A stretch of 64,000 bases of DNA, from assembly GCF_009914755.1 (NCBI RefSeq), contig NC_060941.1. One strand, written 5' to 3'. Under the pieces are notes generated by a model. The model made no database searches. It saw only the letters and a list, made by a program, of their open reading frames with translations, and was not told the origin of the DNA. The position numbers were made by a program, and so were the translations under genes. The DNA is from the human T2T-CHM13v2.0 reference genome, Homo sapiens. This document shows, one piece after another, positions 19,535-40,098 of this stretch (the first letter of the stretch is position 1; each line of letters opens with the position of its first letter).

Positions 19535-21094
19535 TTCTGTAACTTTTTTTTTTATTTTTTTCAATTTTTCCTTCTTTTTTTTTTTTAAGCACTAGTCTGT
19601 GCTTTGCGAACAGAATCAAGACATTAACAAAGATCAGCTTCTCTGAAGAAAAGCATTTCTATAGAACAAAGACAGCTACATGTTTCGCTGCCATTACACA
19701 GCTCCAAAGCAGGAAAAGAAAATATTTACAAAATACAAGGTTTTTTTTTTCCATTTTTTGTTTTTGTTTTTTTTTTCAATGCTAAAAGGGTTATTCAGAA
19801 TTTTCAACCTTATAAATAGAAGAAGCACTTTATGCATAGGGATATGGTGCATTATTGTATTTTTTTTTAAAGAAACAATGACAAACCCTTTAACTTGCAA
19901 ACAGAAAAAAAAATCACTAATGTTGAAAATTGTGAAAAAACCCCAACCATTAAGCAGTTGTCTACTATTTTTATACGATTACAAAATGGCCAAAAAAAAA
20001 GAGTCTTCTCCCCCCTCCCCCTTTTTGGTGATGTGATCATACAGGAGACAGGCACAAGGTTAACAGAGAAGGGTGAAGGGGGAACAATGGGAACCACAGC
20101 TAGGACCAGACAATGTTCCACAGGCAAGGGGAGCGTGAAAGACCAAGAGTGGAACTAACACCGACAGGGATCTGGATGTGAAGGAAACATGGCAAAGTGA
20201 ATCAGAGGGAAAAAAAAAAAAAATCACACAGGGAGATGGCTGCTCACTTCCCACAACCCCCAGTTTGCAGGGGAGTGGGAATAGAGGTTAAGTAGTCCTA
20301 ACCCTACCTTCAAAGATCAGGATAGGTGGTAAAAATATTCCAAGTGGAAGGACGGGTTGTGGGTGTGTACATGGCATGGGAGAGCAGACAGGGAAGGGTA
20401 CCAAGGGGCATGAGGAGGGGAACCTGAGCAGCCACAGCCAGGTTACTGCAGTGAAAGAGTCAAAACAGAGAAGACCAAATGCAGATGAAACAAAAAATCA
20501 GTCTCTTAAGTTCTGGGTGAGAAAGGAAAGGTGTTCTGCCAGCTGAGCACTCGGGGAGAGCAGCTGGCAGTTATGGCAGAGAGGCTCTGGTGGGGATGTT
20601 CCAGCACGAAAAACCAAGGGGACCCAGCCAGGAGGGCCACAGCAGAGCCAAGCCACAGATGGGAGGGGAGGGGGTAAGAGTCCAGAGCACCCTGCCCCAT
20701 TCCACCCTAGCTCAAGAAGGCCATGCTAAACTGTAGCCCGCCAGGCTGTTCTGCCCTGCCCACAGGTGTGAGGGAGGGGGTGGTCATCTAAGATCAGTAA
20801 GTCCAGTGATTCAACAGTGCAGAGGATGTGCCAGGACCAGGCCAGCAGGGTCTCATCCTGAACTTCTGTTTGCCAACGGGAGGAAGTGCTCAGGTGTGTG
20901 ACAAGAAAACATGGAAACAAAAACAAAACAAAAATTAAAACAAGAAAAAAAAATACCAAAGTAGGATCTAAATTCCTTAAGTTCACTAAAAACTGTGAAA
21001 ATTTCCGGCATATGATGTTTGAATATCAAACGCAGAGATTTCTGAAGCTTTAATGCCAATAGTTAGTGAGTCTGTTTAGATGGCTGTCTCCCGC
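19535..21094 (-). other. KANSL1: KANSL1 3'UTR
   Basis: Between the stop codon (21095-21097) and the poly(A) signal; 3' end approximate. Confidence 0.8.
19551..19556 (-). terminator. KANSL1: KANSL1 poly(A) signal
   Basis: tttatt on + (AATAAA on -) at the end of the A/U-rich UTR. Confidence 0.75.
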
Positions 21095-21424
<330 letters not shown>

Positions 21425-21596
21425 CTATCTAGTGTTCCTGCGACAGTCTGGGAACACCCCTCCTAGGGTATACCCAGACAACTGTATTGATCATTTAGCA
21501 GTGATCAATACAGTTCCACTGAACGTTGAGGAGATCAATTTAAGTGCAGCCCTTTGTCCCTTCAAAAGGGGGAGGGGATGGCTAGGTCCCTCTTCA

Positions 21597-21959
<363 letters not shown>

Positions 21960-22698
21960 TTACTTATGGGGGTAGAGGGCATGAAAAAAGCATCCCCACT
22001 GGAGGAGTTGAGGCAAACAAACACCAACAGATTTTCCTTAGGATCCAGCAACTCCCATTTCTTCCCACTATTCTCTGGAGGGGTAGGTATACAACATTTA
22101 CCATCCCAAGAAAAAAGCATGGCTGAACAATGCCAGGTGAGTCCATAGCAAAGTGCCTAGTGAATTCAGGAGGTTAGGGAGATTCGTGTAGACTTTGAAA
22201 ACTGTAGTCAAAGAAAAAAAAGTAAAAGTAAGAGCTCCCAAAACTTTCTACTTGAGAATCCCGAGGGTTTCTGCCACTGTTAACAATAAATGGAGACAGG
22301 GTAGTGATGGACGTTAAGGGGGGGCAGTTTCTTCAAGTGGCATCACAAAGCCACTGTCCAAAGGAAGGTTAACTTGTAGCGAGGCCTTCCAAGCTCCCCG
22401 GGTTGAATCACCATGACCCCCCAACTGTCTTCCAAATGCCACAGATCATGGGAATTCAGAATTACATAGTGACTTCTCAGCAAGGATCTAGCACTTGGCT
22501 CCTTATATCTCCACTAGTTCCATGTATCTCCACTAGTTCCAACAAACACCAAGGAAATTCTGAGCTATTTGCCACTGCCAGTAGATGAGTATGATGAGCA
22601 ACCAAGAGGCAGTAGCAATTCCATGGACTCAAGTAGGGCCCAAACTCCCTGTCCACCCTCTCTCCACAGGCCCTGGGGACCCAAGCCTGCCCCATCAC

Positions 22699-22811
22699 CT
22701 GCTGCCCCGCCGCTGGGGTGGCACACTCGTGGTCCACAGCCACCGTGCCCTCTCCATCTCCTCACATTTGGCATGCAGGGCGGCGAAGGCTGCGTCGGAT
22801 AGGTCCTCAAT
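22699..22811 (-). CDS. KANSL1: KANSL1 exon 13 (113 nt; PEHE domain, [24 protein letters not shown])
   Basis: ttgcag acceptor, gtgatg donor; frame consistent with neighbouring exons. Confidence 0.96.
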
Positions 22812-23000
22812 CTGCAATAGAGCAGCTTCATCGATCCCCTCTTTTCTCCAGGAGTTAAGAACCAGTCCCACCCCATTCTAGGTTCTTCCCGGTCACGACA
22901 GGAATACAAGGAGCTTGCACTTCACACCCACAAGTCTTCAGGCCATTTAGGGTGTGTGCACTCATATGTATGTGTGCATGTGTACACACGTGTTCTTCTA

Positions 23001-23120
<120 letters not shown>

Positions 23121-23778
23121 CTAAAACTGGGGGCAGGGTCAAAGTGTCCATGCAAGGATGAGAATCCTGCACCTGTGGGTGACACTGCTCTCTGCCGGGT
23201 AGGCTCTGCCCTATCACAGCTCAGTCTCCCTACCCTGTCAAGGCCTGTGAAATTGGCCACCTACTCAAATGCCCAAGAAGGCCAGAAATGAGAGAAGCGG
23301 CCTAGGGTAAGGCTGAGGCTGAGAGACTGTGACAAACACAAGAAAAGAAACCTGTTTAAAGAGGACCACCACTGTTCAGGACCAGCTGATTGCTCCCATA
23401 TGGAAATGCATACCCAGGGTTGCCTAATCTTCTGTTTGGCAACAAAAGCTGGAAACAAAGATTTTTATGTGAAATCCTGCTTTGATGTTGACAACAAATT
23501 CAGTATTTTAAAACATACTGTATGTGTTGACAAAACCGGTCTCTAGACCAGTAAGTGAATGGCCTACCAGGCTGTGACTGCTGGTTCGTTTGGTGTATTC
23601 CTATAATGGAATGAGAGAGAACTATATACAGAAATAATTTCGTTCTTATCAGATAAGAATTTCTCTTAATGAGAAGACAGAACCAAAGACTAGGGCCCAA
23701 CTCTTGGTCAGAAGAGAAGAGGGAAAAAGGGCAATAGCAGGAAGAATGGGGAGAGGAGCCAACTATTCTGAGCTTCTA

Positions 23779-23943
<165 letters not shown>

Positions 23944-25989
23944 TTACAGACATCAAATCATTCATCTAAGAGTTAAAGCAGGATCACCAATAACCAAGCA
24001 TCTGGGTCCTTGGGTTGAAGCTGAGTAATGACCATAGCAGCTGCTCCCACCTAGGAGTCAGTCTCCAACAGCAAAAAACCTCACGGAGAAATACCAGGTG
24101 GTCATGAGGAGTTAGTCCCATTCATAAGTCCCACTGGTCACCCTCTTCCTTCAAGGGCTCATGCGTAAATTTCATAGGGGTGGGTACCTGGGATCTTAAC
24201 TGTTGGGGTTCCTACTCTATATACACCTCTATTAACCTCCTCTCCTTTTACAATCTTTATTTCCTTCCTTTATCCCCGTTTATGACTTAAGACTCATAGT
24301 GGCCCCTCCCCTAAAAGCAATGCTTGAAAGCTTATGCTGAAAGAGGCCCAAAGGATAGGCCCATCTCAATACATCATCTAACCTTGGTTGTCATGAATGC
24401 ACCTCCTTCTCAAAGATCTGAACTCTTCAGCTAAATCTGCACCCACCATCTGCCCAGTCTTTATGTGATTTCCCCTCTTTTGATGATTCTTGGGGAAAGA
24501 GCTGAGAGCTTTCTAGCTGTATCAAAGGAGATGAATGGAGGGAAACTAAAGAGGAGAACCTGACTATACCTCACATTCCTGGTGAAAGGAAATTTGCTTC
24601 TATAGGAAATAGTTGAGAAGACCAAACTCTTGGAAAAATAAGACTTCCAAGGATCGAATATCAGAGGCAGAGGTAAGCATCTACAGTAGCTGGGAGACTA
24701 GGGAACTAAATGGCTTAGTCTCTTGGATGGAGGAAGAAGTCTACTAGCTGCTGCTGCCCAGATAGTTAATACCCTATCCTGAAACAGAGACTAGCAACTG
24801 AGCTGTGAGAGGCCAGAAGGAAACAGTGGCATAACAAACACGCTGCCATGGCAACAAAACAGCTGGAAAACACCTAAGAGGCTGCATTTATACCTAAACC
24901 ACCAAGTGTGGTCAGTCCACAGGGAAGGGGTTGGAGGAGTAAGAAGTCCCCTATAACTAACCCCTCTATCCTCTGTTCCTGGACGGTGAGATACCCTTTA
25001 TTCATCCTATCATCTTAGGACATTCTCAGAGAATGTTAAAAGTCAGCACTTCCTGGGCCAGAGTTTCAGTCACTGTCATTTATAACTTCAGATGACCACA
25101 ATGCCCTTTTCACTTCAATTTCTTTCTCTATCAAATCAGATGACTGCCATTGACCTCAGAAATTTAGGATATCTGGTTAACCAAAATGGTTAAACAGACT
25201 TTTGGGGATCTTGCCTGAGTTCTGTAGCTGAGGATTAGTGATCTCATACCCAGAGACCTCTGCCACTGCCAGATCTGTGCTGAAATTATACATCCCACTA
25301 CAAGAAATGCATCTTAAGAAAGCCTCAAGAGAGACAGCCTTCCCAGTATCTTGGTCAAGAATAAATGTGAAACTGCTGGCAGAAACAGGTATACACTTTC
25401 CCTGAAACTTCTTGGGCTTGTTGTTAGTACCTTCGAGAAAAAGATACTGGAGCAGGTTGTGGGATGGTTCAACGGGCTCTTATCTCATCCTCTGCCTAGA
25501 CACACCCCCTATTATGTTAGCTACTCATTAGGTCTAAATTAACTACTATCTCCTATTTAGAGCCAGAGATAGAGAGCAGGTGATGAGAATAAAACTGGTT
25601 CCCAAACTTGGTTGTATATCAGAAGCAACATTAAGGAGTATTTTTTAAAAAAAAAAAAAAGGTTCTAGGACTCCCCCCCGCTCTTTTATAAAATCAGAAT
25701 TTTGTTTGTTTGTTTGTTTAAGAGATGAGGTCTCACTATGTTGTCCAGGCTGGACTCAATCTCCTGGGCTGAAGAGATCTTCCTGAGTAGCTGGAGCTAC
25801 AGGCATGCAATATCACAGCCAGCAACAAATCAGATCTTTAGAAGTGTCTGGTTGGTTGGTTTTGTTTTTTAAAGCTGCTGAGGTGATTCTGATGCAGCTA
25901 CTGGCTTTTGGGAAGCACTGACAAAAACACTCGCTCTCCTCCCTACCTTTCTCCAGTGTCCTCTGGCTTCTTTACTTGATTTCAAGGAG

Positions 25990-26320
25990 AGCTGGCCCTT
26001 TGTATCCATGGGTTCAACCAATTGTGGATTGAAAATATTTGGGGGAAAAAAATTGTGTCTGTACTGAAAAGGTACAGATTTTTCTTTTCATTATTCTCTA
26101 AACAATACAGCATACTATTTTTATAGCATTTACATTGCATTAGGTATTATCAGTAATCTGGAGATGATTTAAAGTATATGGGATTTAAAGCATACACATA
26201 GGTTATATGCAAATACTATGCCATTTTATATTAGGGACATGAGCAACAATAGCTTTTGCTATCTATGGGAGGTCCTGGAACCAATCCCCACTGCAGATAC
26301 TGCAGATACTGAGAGCCTGC
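25990..26320. mobile_element. MER2 (TcMar-Tigger) DNA transposon, followed by a - strand Alu at ~26338-26633
   Basis: ggccctttgtatccatgggttcaacc...ggttatatgcaaatactatgccattttata...gtcctggaaccaatcccc matches the MER2 consensus as recalled. Confidence 0.78.
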
Positions 26321-27961
26321 TGTTATCTGGCCTATCTTCTTTCTTTTTTTTTTTTTGAGACGAAGTCTTGCTGCGACGCCCAGGCTTGAGTGCAATGGCT
26401 TGATCTCCGCTCACTGGAACCTCCGCTTCCCAGTTCAAGTGATTCTCCTGCCTCAGAGTAGCTGGAACTATAGGCACATGCCACCACGCCCAGTTAATTT
26501 TTGTATTTTTAGTAGGGATAGGGTTTCACCTTATTGGCCAGGATGGTCTCGAACTCCTGACCTCAAGTGATCCACCCGCCTCAGCCGCCTCCCCAAGTGC
26601 TGGGATTATAGGTGAGCGCCACTGTGCCTGGCCTATCTTCTTTTACATAAATCCAGAGTCTTTGAAAAAACTTGGCAATGAGAGAGCCTCAGGGGTTAGC
26701 ATAGTGCTATACACAAAATTTTTACTCAATAAATGGTAAAAATTTCAAGTGATCCAGGCCTAAGTTAACATTCTCCAGACACAGAAATATTGAAGTGCTC
26801 ACCAAGTCCTGAATCTCTGAGTTCAGATTTTCTATCAGAATTAGTTTAGACTCTTTTTTATAAATACTTTGGTTATCTGAAACCCTTTGCTGCTGGATAA
26901 CTGAGTATGTGAGGGACACTACACACCTATTTAGATAAAATTTGTGGGTTACGGGGGTAAAGAAAGTCGAAGAGCAAAGAGACCATTTGGAAAAGATTGA
27001 TTTGTAACAGCAAAGAGAGAACAATGTGAATTCCTACCTGATCACAGGAGCCTAGTGAGTCCATTTTATGAGCTTGGAAGTTTCCTGATCTAGGCTCTGA
27101 AGGAACTTCCTAAGTTGCCTCTGCAATACCCTCACCCAGGCTTAGCCTGTGTAGTGTAATGGTAAAAGAGCTGGCTCTACAGTCAGGCTGCCTGAGTTTG
27201 AATCATAATTATAACCCTCACAAGTTGCCTTGACAGTTTTCATGCATATAAAATGAAATCCACAGTACCAACCTACATCTCAAAAGGCATTATAACATGT
27301 AACACATGTAAATCACTGATCACTGGTATGTAGTAAGTGTTCAATAAACATTACAGTTGCAGACTTTTACATTTACCATTACATTACATTGTAATTATTA
27401 TACAAAAAGGACCCTTTGAGTAGGTCCATAGCAGCTACAGGTATGTATGTTCCAAGAGGGCACACTTGAGGAATTAAAATATTAGAATGAAATTAAAGGA
27501 AATGTGTCTGGAATAGCTGTGCAAACTGCTTCCAGATGGAGTGTGGTATCGTAAAATCTGGTGTGTGCATGCCAAATGTCCTGCCATGGGGGCCTGCTGG
27601 ATCTGTAATTCTGCTCTGTATACCTAAAAAGCATGGACTCTGCCTTCTCCCTTCCCTTCTCTTCTGGTACCCTCACGCCTAGTGTTTATTCTTAGTACTT
27701 CACCTCCACTCACCCAGAGAGTAAAACCAAGGAAATCAAACACTGCTTCCAACGCCCATGGGAATCTCCCCTCTACCCACCCCTCCTCTCTTGTTCACTT
27801 CTTGGGCCAACAGGATTAGGGCCACGGAACTGTTGAGTCCTGTGTGAAACTTAGTCCAACAGATCTTGAATAGTCACAGATCACCTTAAGAGTTTGTCCC
27901 TGCATCAAGCTTTCTATGGATGGCTCAGCATAAATCCATCTCTGCTATGAAAAACAACTCA

Positions 27962-28345
<384 letters not shown>

Positions 28346-28421
28346 TTAACCAGCGTTACTTCTAACACAAGCTTGGAATGGCAGCAATACATACTAAAGG
28401 CAAAAATGTTTTCTATGCCTA

Positions 28422-28991
<570 letters not shown>

Positions 28992-29213
28992 CTAGGATAG
29001 GCACAGGGAGCCCAGAACCAGAGAAACATGTCACCAGGATACAGAAGACACCTGCCCGTAGATGAACTCAATGCCATGCCATTGCTGGCTGTTCAATGAG
29101 CATTTTGGGTCTTGCTCCAAGATCCATGGTGTCTAGAATAGCTCCCGAAGTCCATCTGAGAGCATCCAAGACAAGCAGAAGCAGTCACTGTGAGCTGAAT
29201 TTTTTATCGGTCA

Positions 29214-29522
<309 letters not shown>

Positions 29523-30529
29523 CTACAGGTTAGTCCAAACACCTGGCCTCTCTAGTGTTCAAGACCTACACTCCATCCTCCTTTAATTTGCCCAGTGGCC
29601 TGACACTTGGCAGGGCAAGTGCTGTCATATGGAAGATCTGTTTACGTGAACATTACTGAAGGTCATTCTTCTATTTGCAAGCAGGTCACTTTAGCTTTTT
29701 ACTTTCAAGTCCCAAAGGGAAACAAAACAAGACACCTTTTTGGTTTGGTTGATGGAGTTTTTGTTCTTGTATCCTTGTTTGTTGAATTTACTGGTTTGAA
29801 AACATCCTGTTTCTATTCTAGAGATTTAAAAACATATTTAAGCCTACTTCTTTTCTATCAATATAAAGTTAATCAGGATGCAATTATTCAACAATATTCA
29901 TTATCTATGTTATCAGGCACTGTACTGAGTACTACATACTCTCTCCAAATAAGAACTACATACCATTCTCTCTTTCCTTCCTCTGTGGCTCCGCCAATTC
30001 CCATCATGAGATTATCGGGGATTTTTAGCTGACTGGTTAATGTTCAATATCACAAATCAACATCTTTTGGACTGAATTTTTTATGCTGTTTCTTATCTTT
30101 CCATTTTCTTAGATTTTTCCCAAGAATATATCCTTGAGCAATTCCTTTAGAAAAGGAATTTCTAGATTTAAACCATTTTCCTCTCAAACATTTAAAGCTA
30201 TTCAATTCTTCCGTGTATTCTAATATCCAGTGCTATATTTAAGAGGGAATCGGATTCTTTCTTACTTGTAGGTGGTCTGGTTTTTGCCTTTTAAGCTTCT
30301 GCAAAAAACAACAACAAACTTGTGGTATTACACTGACTCTACAGATCAATTTGGGGACAACTTCCATGTGTTCCACCACCAATACTGAATCTTTCAATCG
30401 ACTGACGTGGTATCTCTCTCTCCATCTATTTACGTTTGTCTTGATTTTCTCTTGACAGCGTTTAGTTATTGTTGACATACCGGTCTTAAATACAATTTGT
30501 TAAGTTTATTCCTAAGAATTAATGTTTTC

Positions 30530-30690
30530 TGATGGGCAGAAGTTGGAAGAGTTTGCAGGGTTCAGAAGAAGACAGGAAGATGAGGGAAAGTCTGGAACTT
30601 CTTAGAGATTTGTTAAATGGTTTTGACCAAAATACTGATAGAAATACGGGCAGTGAAGGCCAGGCTGACAAAAGTCTCAGATGGAAATGA
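30530..30690 (+). mobile_element. MaLR internal (MST/THE1-int) fragment embedded in old L1M-like sequence (~30000-31000)
   Basis: gggcagaagttggaagagtttgcagggttcagaagaagacaggaagatgagggaaagtctggaacttcttagaga...ctcagatggaaatga. Confidence 0.7.
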
Positions 30691-31493
30691 TTAAAGATAG
30701 TACCTTTTAAAATTTCAACTTCAGTTCTTCATTACTAGTATATAGAAGTACAATAAACTGCTATATAATGACCTTGTAGCCTGTGAAACTACTTCGTTAT
30801 AGACTTTTTCTTGTTTATTCAGTAGGATTTTCTATAGACATAAGTACATCATCTACAAATGGAGACTGTTTTACCTTTTCTTTCCAATCTGTATTCCTTT
30901 TTTACTTCTTGCCTATTACTCTGACTGGAACCTCTGGTGCTGATGTACAACTTTTAGATTTTCCTTTTCATGTTTTCAATATTCTGACATTTCACCACCA
31001 TGGATAGCGGTGTGAGTCTGTTTTCAAGCTTCTGCAAAGCTTTCCAGGGATATTCAAATCTAAAAGCCAGCACATTTTTCCTCACCTCCCAGTTCCTCCT
31101 GGGAATCGGTAACCACTTGGGGCATGCTCAGAAGTTCCCGCCAGAGTCCCTATCCACTGCTTCAGAATAGAATGAAACACCACTACTTCAAGGAAGAAGG
31201 CTCTGGTGGGGTGAGAGGACAGGAAAGGAAAATCTAACCTAGCTATTCCAAAATGAGTCCAAATTTATCACCCAGACAAATGCCCAGGTCCTATCACTAC
31301 TCCCTCTGCCCTTTAATTCTGGGTCAAAAACCTCCTGTAATCAGTTCCCACCTCACAGCAACTTACTCCTGGCATGTGCTTTGGGCTATCTTTCTATTTA
31401 TTTCTTCACAGTTATCTTGTCTTTATCCATCTTTCAAAAATAATTACAAATTCCAGTCACTGATAGCATGTCTTCTAGAACTATTAGAAATTT

Positions 31494-31826
<333 letters not shown>

Positions 31827-34800
31827 GTTTAATATATTTTCTAAAAGCTTATGGGGTTTTGGGTCCCATAGAGCACAGAGGATATGCTCAATCTGAACTG
31901 AGGATAAGAAGGCAGGGAAGAGACGTCTAAATTAACATTACTGAACCCATTATTATCTGCCAGGCACTGTGTGTTTATCATCATGCGTGTGCCACTTAAT
32001 CTTTGTAACAGTTCCATGAGGCAAACACAATTATGCTTATTTTAAAGATAGGGAACAGGTGCAGAAAGGTACATTAACTATGTCCAAGGTTACACAGTTT
32101 AATGAGTAACAACCAACTTTCAAACTCAAGATTATACAACCCTAAAGCCCATACTCTTAGACAATATACCTTGAGGCTACTCACTGATCCAGAGGATGGA
32201 GAGGATTCTGTAGTAAAGTCAATTATTTCTCAAATTACTCCGAAGAAATAGACAGTACAAAATATTTTCCAAGCCAGTTCTGCAGAGTAAAAGAAATTTA
32301 GCCACTCCTGCCTATGGTATAGATGATGAATTTCATGACACTGAATGTTATGCCTTCGAGGACTGAATGTTAGGCCTTCCAGGACTGGAATAAAAATCTG
32401 AGTTGGGGAAAAAAAAAAAAAAAAAAAGCTAACATTCTCAGGGATGATTTTTCCCAGTGGGTAAGCACCCTCAGCTCCATGATTGCTGGGCTTTATGACA
32501 GTGAAACAAATTAGGAAAACTATTAAAGTTTTAATGAAAACAAACATTTGCTACCTGTCCAAGTGTAAAAACACAGTCTCTGAGGACAGTGCTGTCTTCT
32601 CAAACATTTTTCATAATCACTCTTTTCCACACTTAAAAACTCAGCTATACCAAATCCTAGGAAATAAAGCATTGTCTAGAAGCATTCGGCCCTGTAAAAC
32701 AATCTGAAAGCTGGGCTGAGCTGGAATGTATAAAAGAGGCTCAAGAAAGGAGACGAGGTCACTTCTGCCCATCCCACAATACCCCTTTGTCAGCAGAAGA
32801 GTTACTCCCACTTGGCAAAGGCTGTGTATGTTTTGTATATATATGTAATGGAACTCCAAAAAACATAGATTTTATTTTTTCCTTTTATTTTCCCCCATCG
32901 TTCTCCCAAATCTGAAAATGAAGCCAGGAAAAAAAAAAGGGACAGGGATATGAGAGACCTGGTTATAGTGAAAACAGCAATGACTAGAAACAAGTAGGCC
33001 TGGATTCAGGTCCTGGTTCTATCTCGAGTAGAAGGAGAAAGCAAGAACAAATCATTCAGCTGGGCTTTAGTTCCACCTGTGAAATGAGGCAGTGGGGCTA
33101 GATCAGGGCTGGCAACATTCTAGCATTCATTCTCTAACCCTCCTGTTGTACTGGAGGTACAAACACAGCTGTCTTTCCTGTTGTACTGGAGACCTCAGAT
33201 TCTTCCCAAACAATACATTAAATAACTCCAGACAGTTACTGTCAATTCATTTGAATAGGCACAAGAAAGGACATCTATTTGTTACTGCTAGATTATATGA
33301 CTGCTATGAGTCTCTCAACTCTAAAATGTTTAGTCAATGACTCTTCAACTGGAACTCCACTCCTAAACCCTTCCCCTCAACTAAATGCTCTTAAGTGCAA
33401 GTTGGCACATTGTAGAACCCAAGTCATGGAACACTACCTTGTACTCTCCAGTTGACGTATTAAGCGGAATCAAGAGCGATTCCTCTTTAAACCCAGTATA
33501 AACAGTTTAAGGAACTCCAGCTGCTAGACTTTGTTAGAAGTTTGCTGTGTTGCCTTTTAATTGCTTCCATGTTAAGAGTGAACAGGAACCCAGTTAGATC
33601 CCCCAGTCAGTAAAAAAAAAAAAAAAAGATATCTTAGGAATTGCTGGTTGAGTTCATATACTAACTAGTAAGTGATAATACCTAGGTTCTGTGAAGAGTT
33701 AAAAATCTAAAATAGACTGGATACGGGACCTGAAAGTAAGCAAAAAAAGGGATATGAAATGGAAGAGAACACACCAGAGATCCATTCAGCTAGAGGTCTC
33801 CTACATTCCATACCCACATAGGTAAACTGCTATTTTCAGAGAAGAGGGTGCTGATCCTTATCAGGTAAATAACAGGAAAATAAGACGAATTACTAATGTC
33901 ATCCTTAAGTTACTGTTTCCTCAAACAAAATGAAAGATGAATGAGAAGACCCTGACTTCAGGATGACTAGGGTCTGACATTCCACGATTCACCTGGCTGT
34001 CTGGCTCCTTACTTTCCACCATTTTCTCAGGCGCACTTTTTCCGGGTGTTTTGTAATGCTCACTTCTTCCTCCTGCTGGGAAGTTGCTGTAGCCTCATGT
34101 GCAGGGTTTGGCAAGCTCTCTCAAAATACCACAGATCTTCATGGCCAGCAGGTGGTGCTCTTATTAAGCCCCTTTTATAAAGTTAACAAGCTTTTCTCCA
34201 AGGTTATATATCCTCTACATTTCCAACTAAGGATTAACTGGATTTGATTACTTGAGGTGATAAAACAAAGCCCCCTTCCTGCTGGAATACTAACAGGTTA
34301 TTATACCCTAGTCTCTCCACCTTCCACAGCCAGGCGTAGAGTTGGCTATAACACAGTCCCTCAATTTCTATCACCCACACACACTTAATGAGAGGGGCTG
34401 AGGTACAGTCAAGGTGCGAGGCACAACTCCAGGATGAAAAGCAGCAGTTGGTTGTTATTCTAACAAACTACACAAACTGGTTAGGAAACAGCACTAAAAC
34501 TACTTAAAAAAATATCTGTCCTATGGGGCCAGAAAACAGCTAAGTATCACATTCAAACAATTTTCTGCCTTTATGTCTGGTATAAATGTAACTATATGGA
34601 ATCAATGAATCAAAATCATTTTTAACCTTGTTATGAAAAAAAAAAAAGTTGGAAATCCTGCCACTTTAAAACATCTTCTAGAGAAGAGGTTGTAAGGGTG
34701 GCCCAGTAGTAAAATCTACCACACAAATGTTTGACCTACACAGTCGTATGCCAAGCTGCTAGCCTTCACTGTTATTTACTGCTATACAATGATGTACAGG

Positions 34801-35871
34801 GAATCCCAAGACTTCAGGGGGTGTGTTATTTACACGGGATATTATGTGAATGGTGCCCTTTGGAGTTGGCTATCTCTGCACCCATGGGAATCTTCTGATT
34901 TCCAAATGGACTGCATTCTGAATGTGGCAGTTGTTTGGGTCAAAGCAAAATTATTCCAACAGGAATAATATTAGACATGGTAATCAGGTCTTCAGGTCAA
35001 CCAACTGAGGTGTAATTAATCTACAGGCAAATACAGTAGTTAATAGAGCCTACATGTAAAAATATATATATATCTCCACAGTCTCATAAGGAGAATTTAA
35101 TGACCAACTTTTTCGTCCAAACCCCAGGGCCATAGCTAGAAGCTCTTCGTGTGTGTGTGAGACATAGACAGAAAAACAAATAGGATTAGATGCAGGAAAA
35201 TAAAAACCATAAAGACCAGAAAAGGGGGAGTGTTCCCTATCTTTCTTTCCATTCCCCCTCATTGCTGCCTGTAGTTGCTCTGAATGATGGTGTGGGAGGT
35301 GTAAGGTATGCGGCAGGGCAGCATTCATGTCAGATCTATAGTGTCCTGCAGTCAGCAGGACAGAAAATGTTCAAGGGAAATGGAACCTCTTAGTAGAGAT
35401 GCTGAATGATGGAACAGGAGCTGAGAGACACACAGTCTGGGTATATCTGAGGGTGGGGGAGGTTATTTGCAACTGTATGTGGTAATGCTGTTGACAAAGA
35501 AATGACTGTTCTGTTTAGCAGGTGATATCCAATGAGTGTGCTTAAGTGTCCGGGCTTCCTGTCCTTCTTCAAGTATGAGACTATACAATTCAACACAGTA
35601 ATTCAGAGAGTAACCCAACAAACATTCCTAAGTCTTCCTAGTGGCGCTGTCTGTAGCCAGAATCCCAAAAAGGGTAAAAATCTGACTCCTCTTAATAATC
35701 TGTCTGGAAAGGAACTTGAAATATAGTAAAAGGAAGGACAGGCATCAGATAATCTGGGTCTGAACTGTGAAGGCATTCAAACCCATTAGCCATTTAGTTT
35801 TAGATAAGCCACAACCTTACCAAGCCTGTTCCTTGAGCACTAACACTGAAGTAACACCTTACAAAATTTCT

Positions 35872-39836
<3,965 letters not shown>

Positions 39837-39900
39837 CAGACAAAACATTTTTAAAGATATACTAAGCGTATTTTGGACCAGATTACTGTGGCTAGAGGCA

Positions 39901-40098
39901 ACTGAGCCCAGATCCCTCCTAGCTACTTGAAGAGTTAGAAGGAAATCTCATATTAAGTTGCAACCTTTTAGTGGCACCTTCTGGTTTGGTGGATCTGTTA
40001 CAGTCTTTTTGCAAAATTCTAAGAGAAGACTTGGTTGACGAAAGTTGTACCTTGAAAGTATCTGAGTTGTAACTGCACCTTGGCTGATTTTCTTTCAC
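39901..40098 (-). repeat. Copy B of the diverged duplication; contains a 59-codon open frame (40098-39919)
   Basis: GTG AAA GAA AAT...AGT AGC TAG = [59 protein letters not shown]. Confidence 0.9.
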
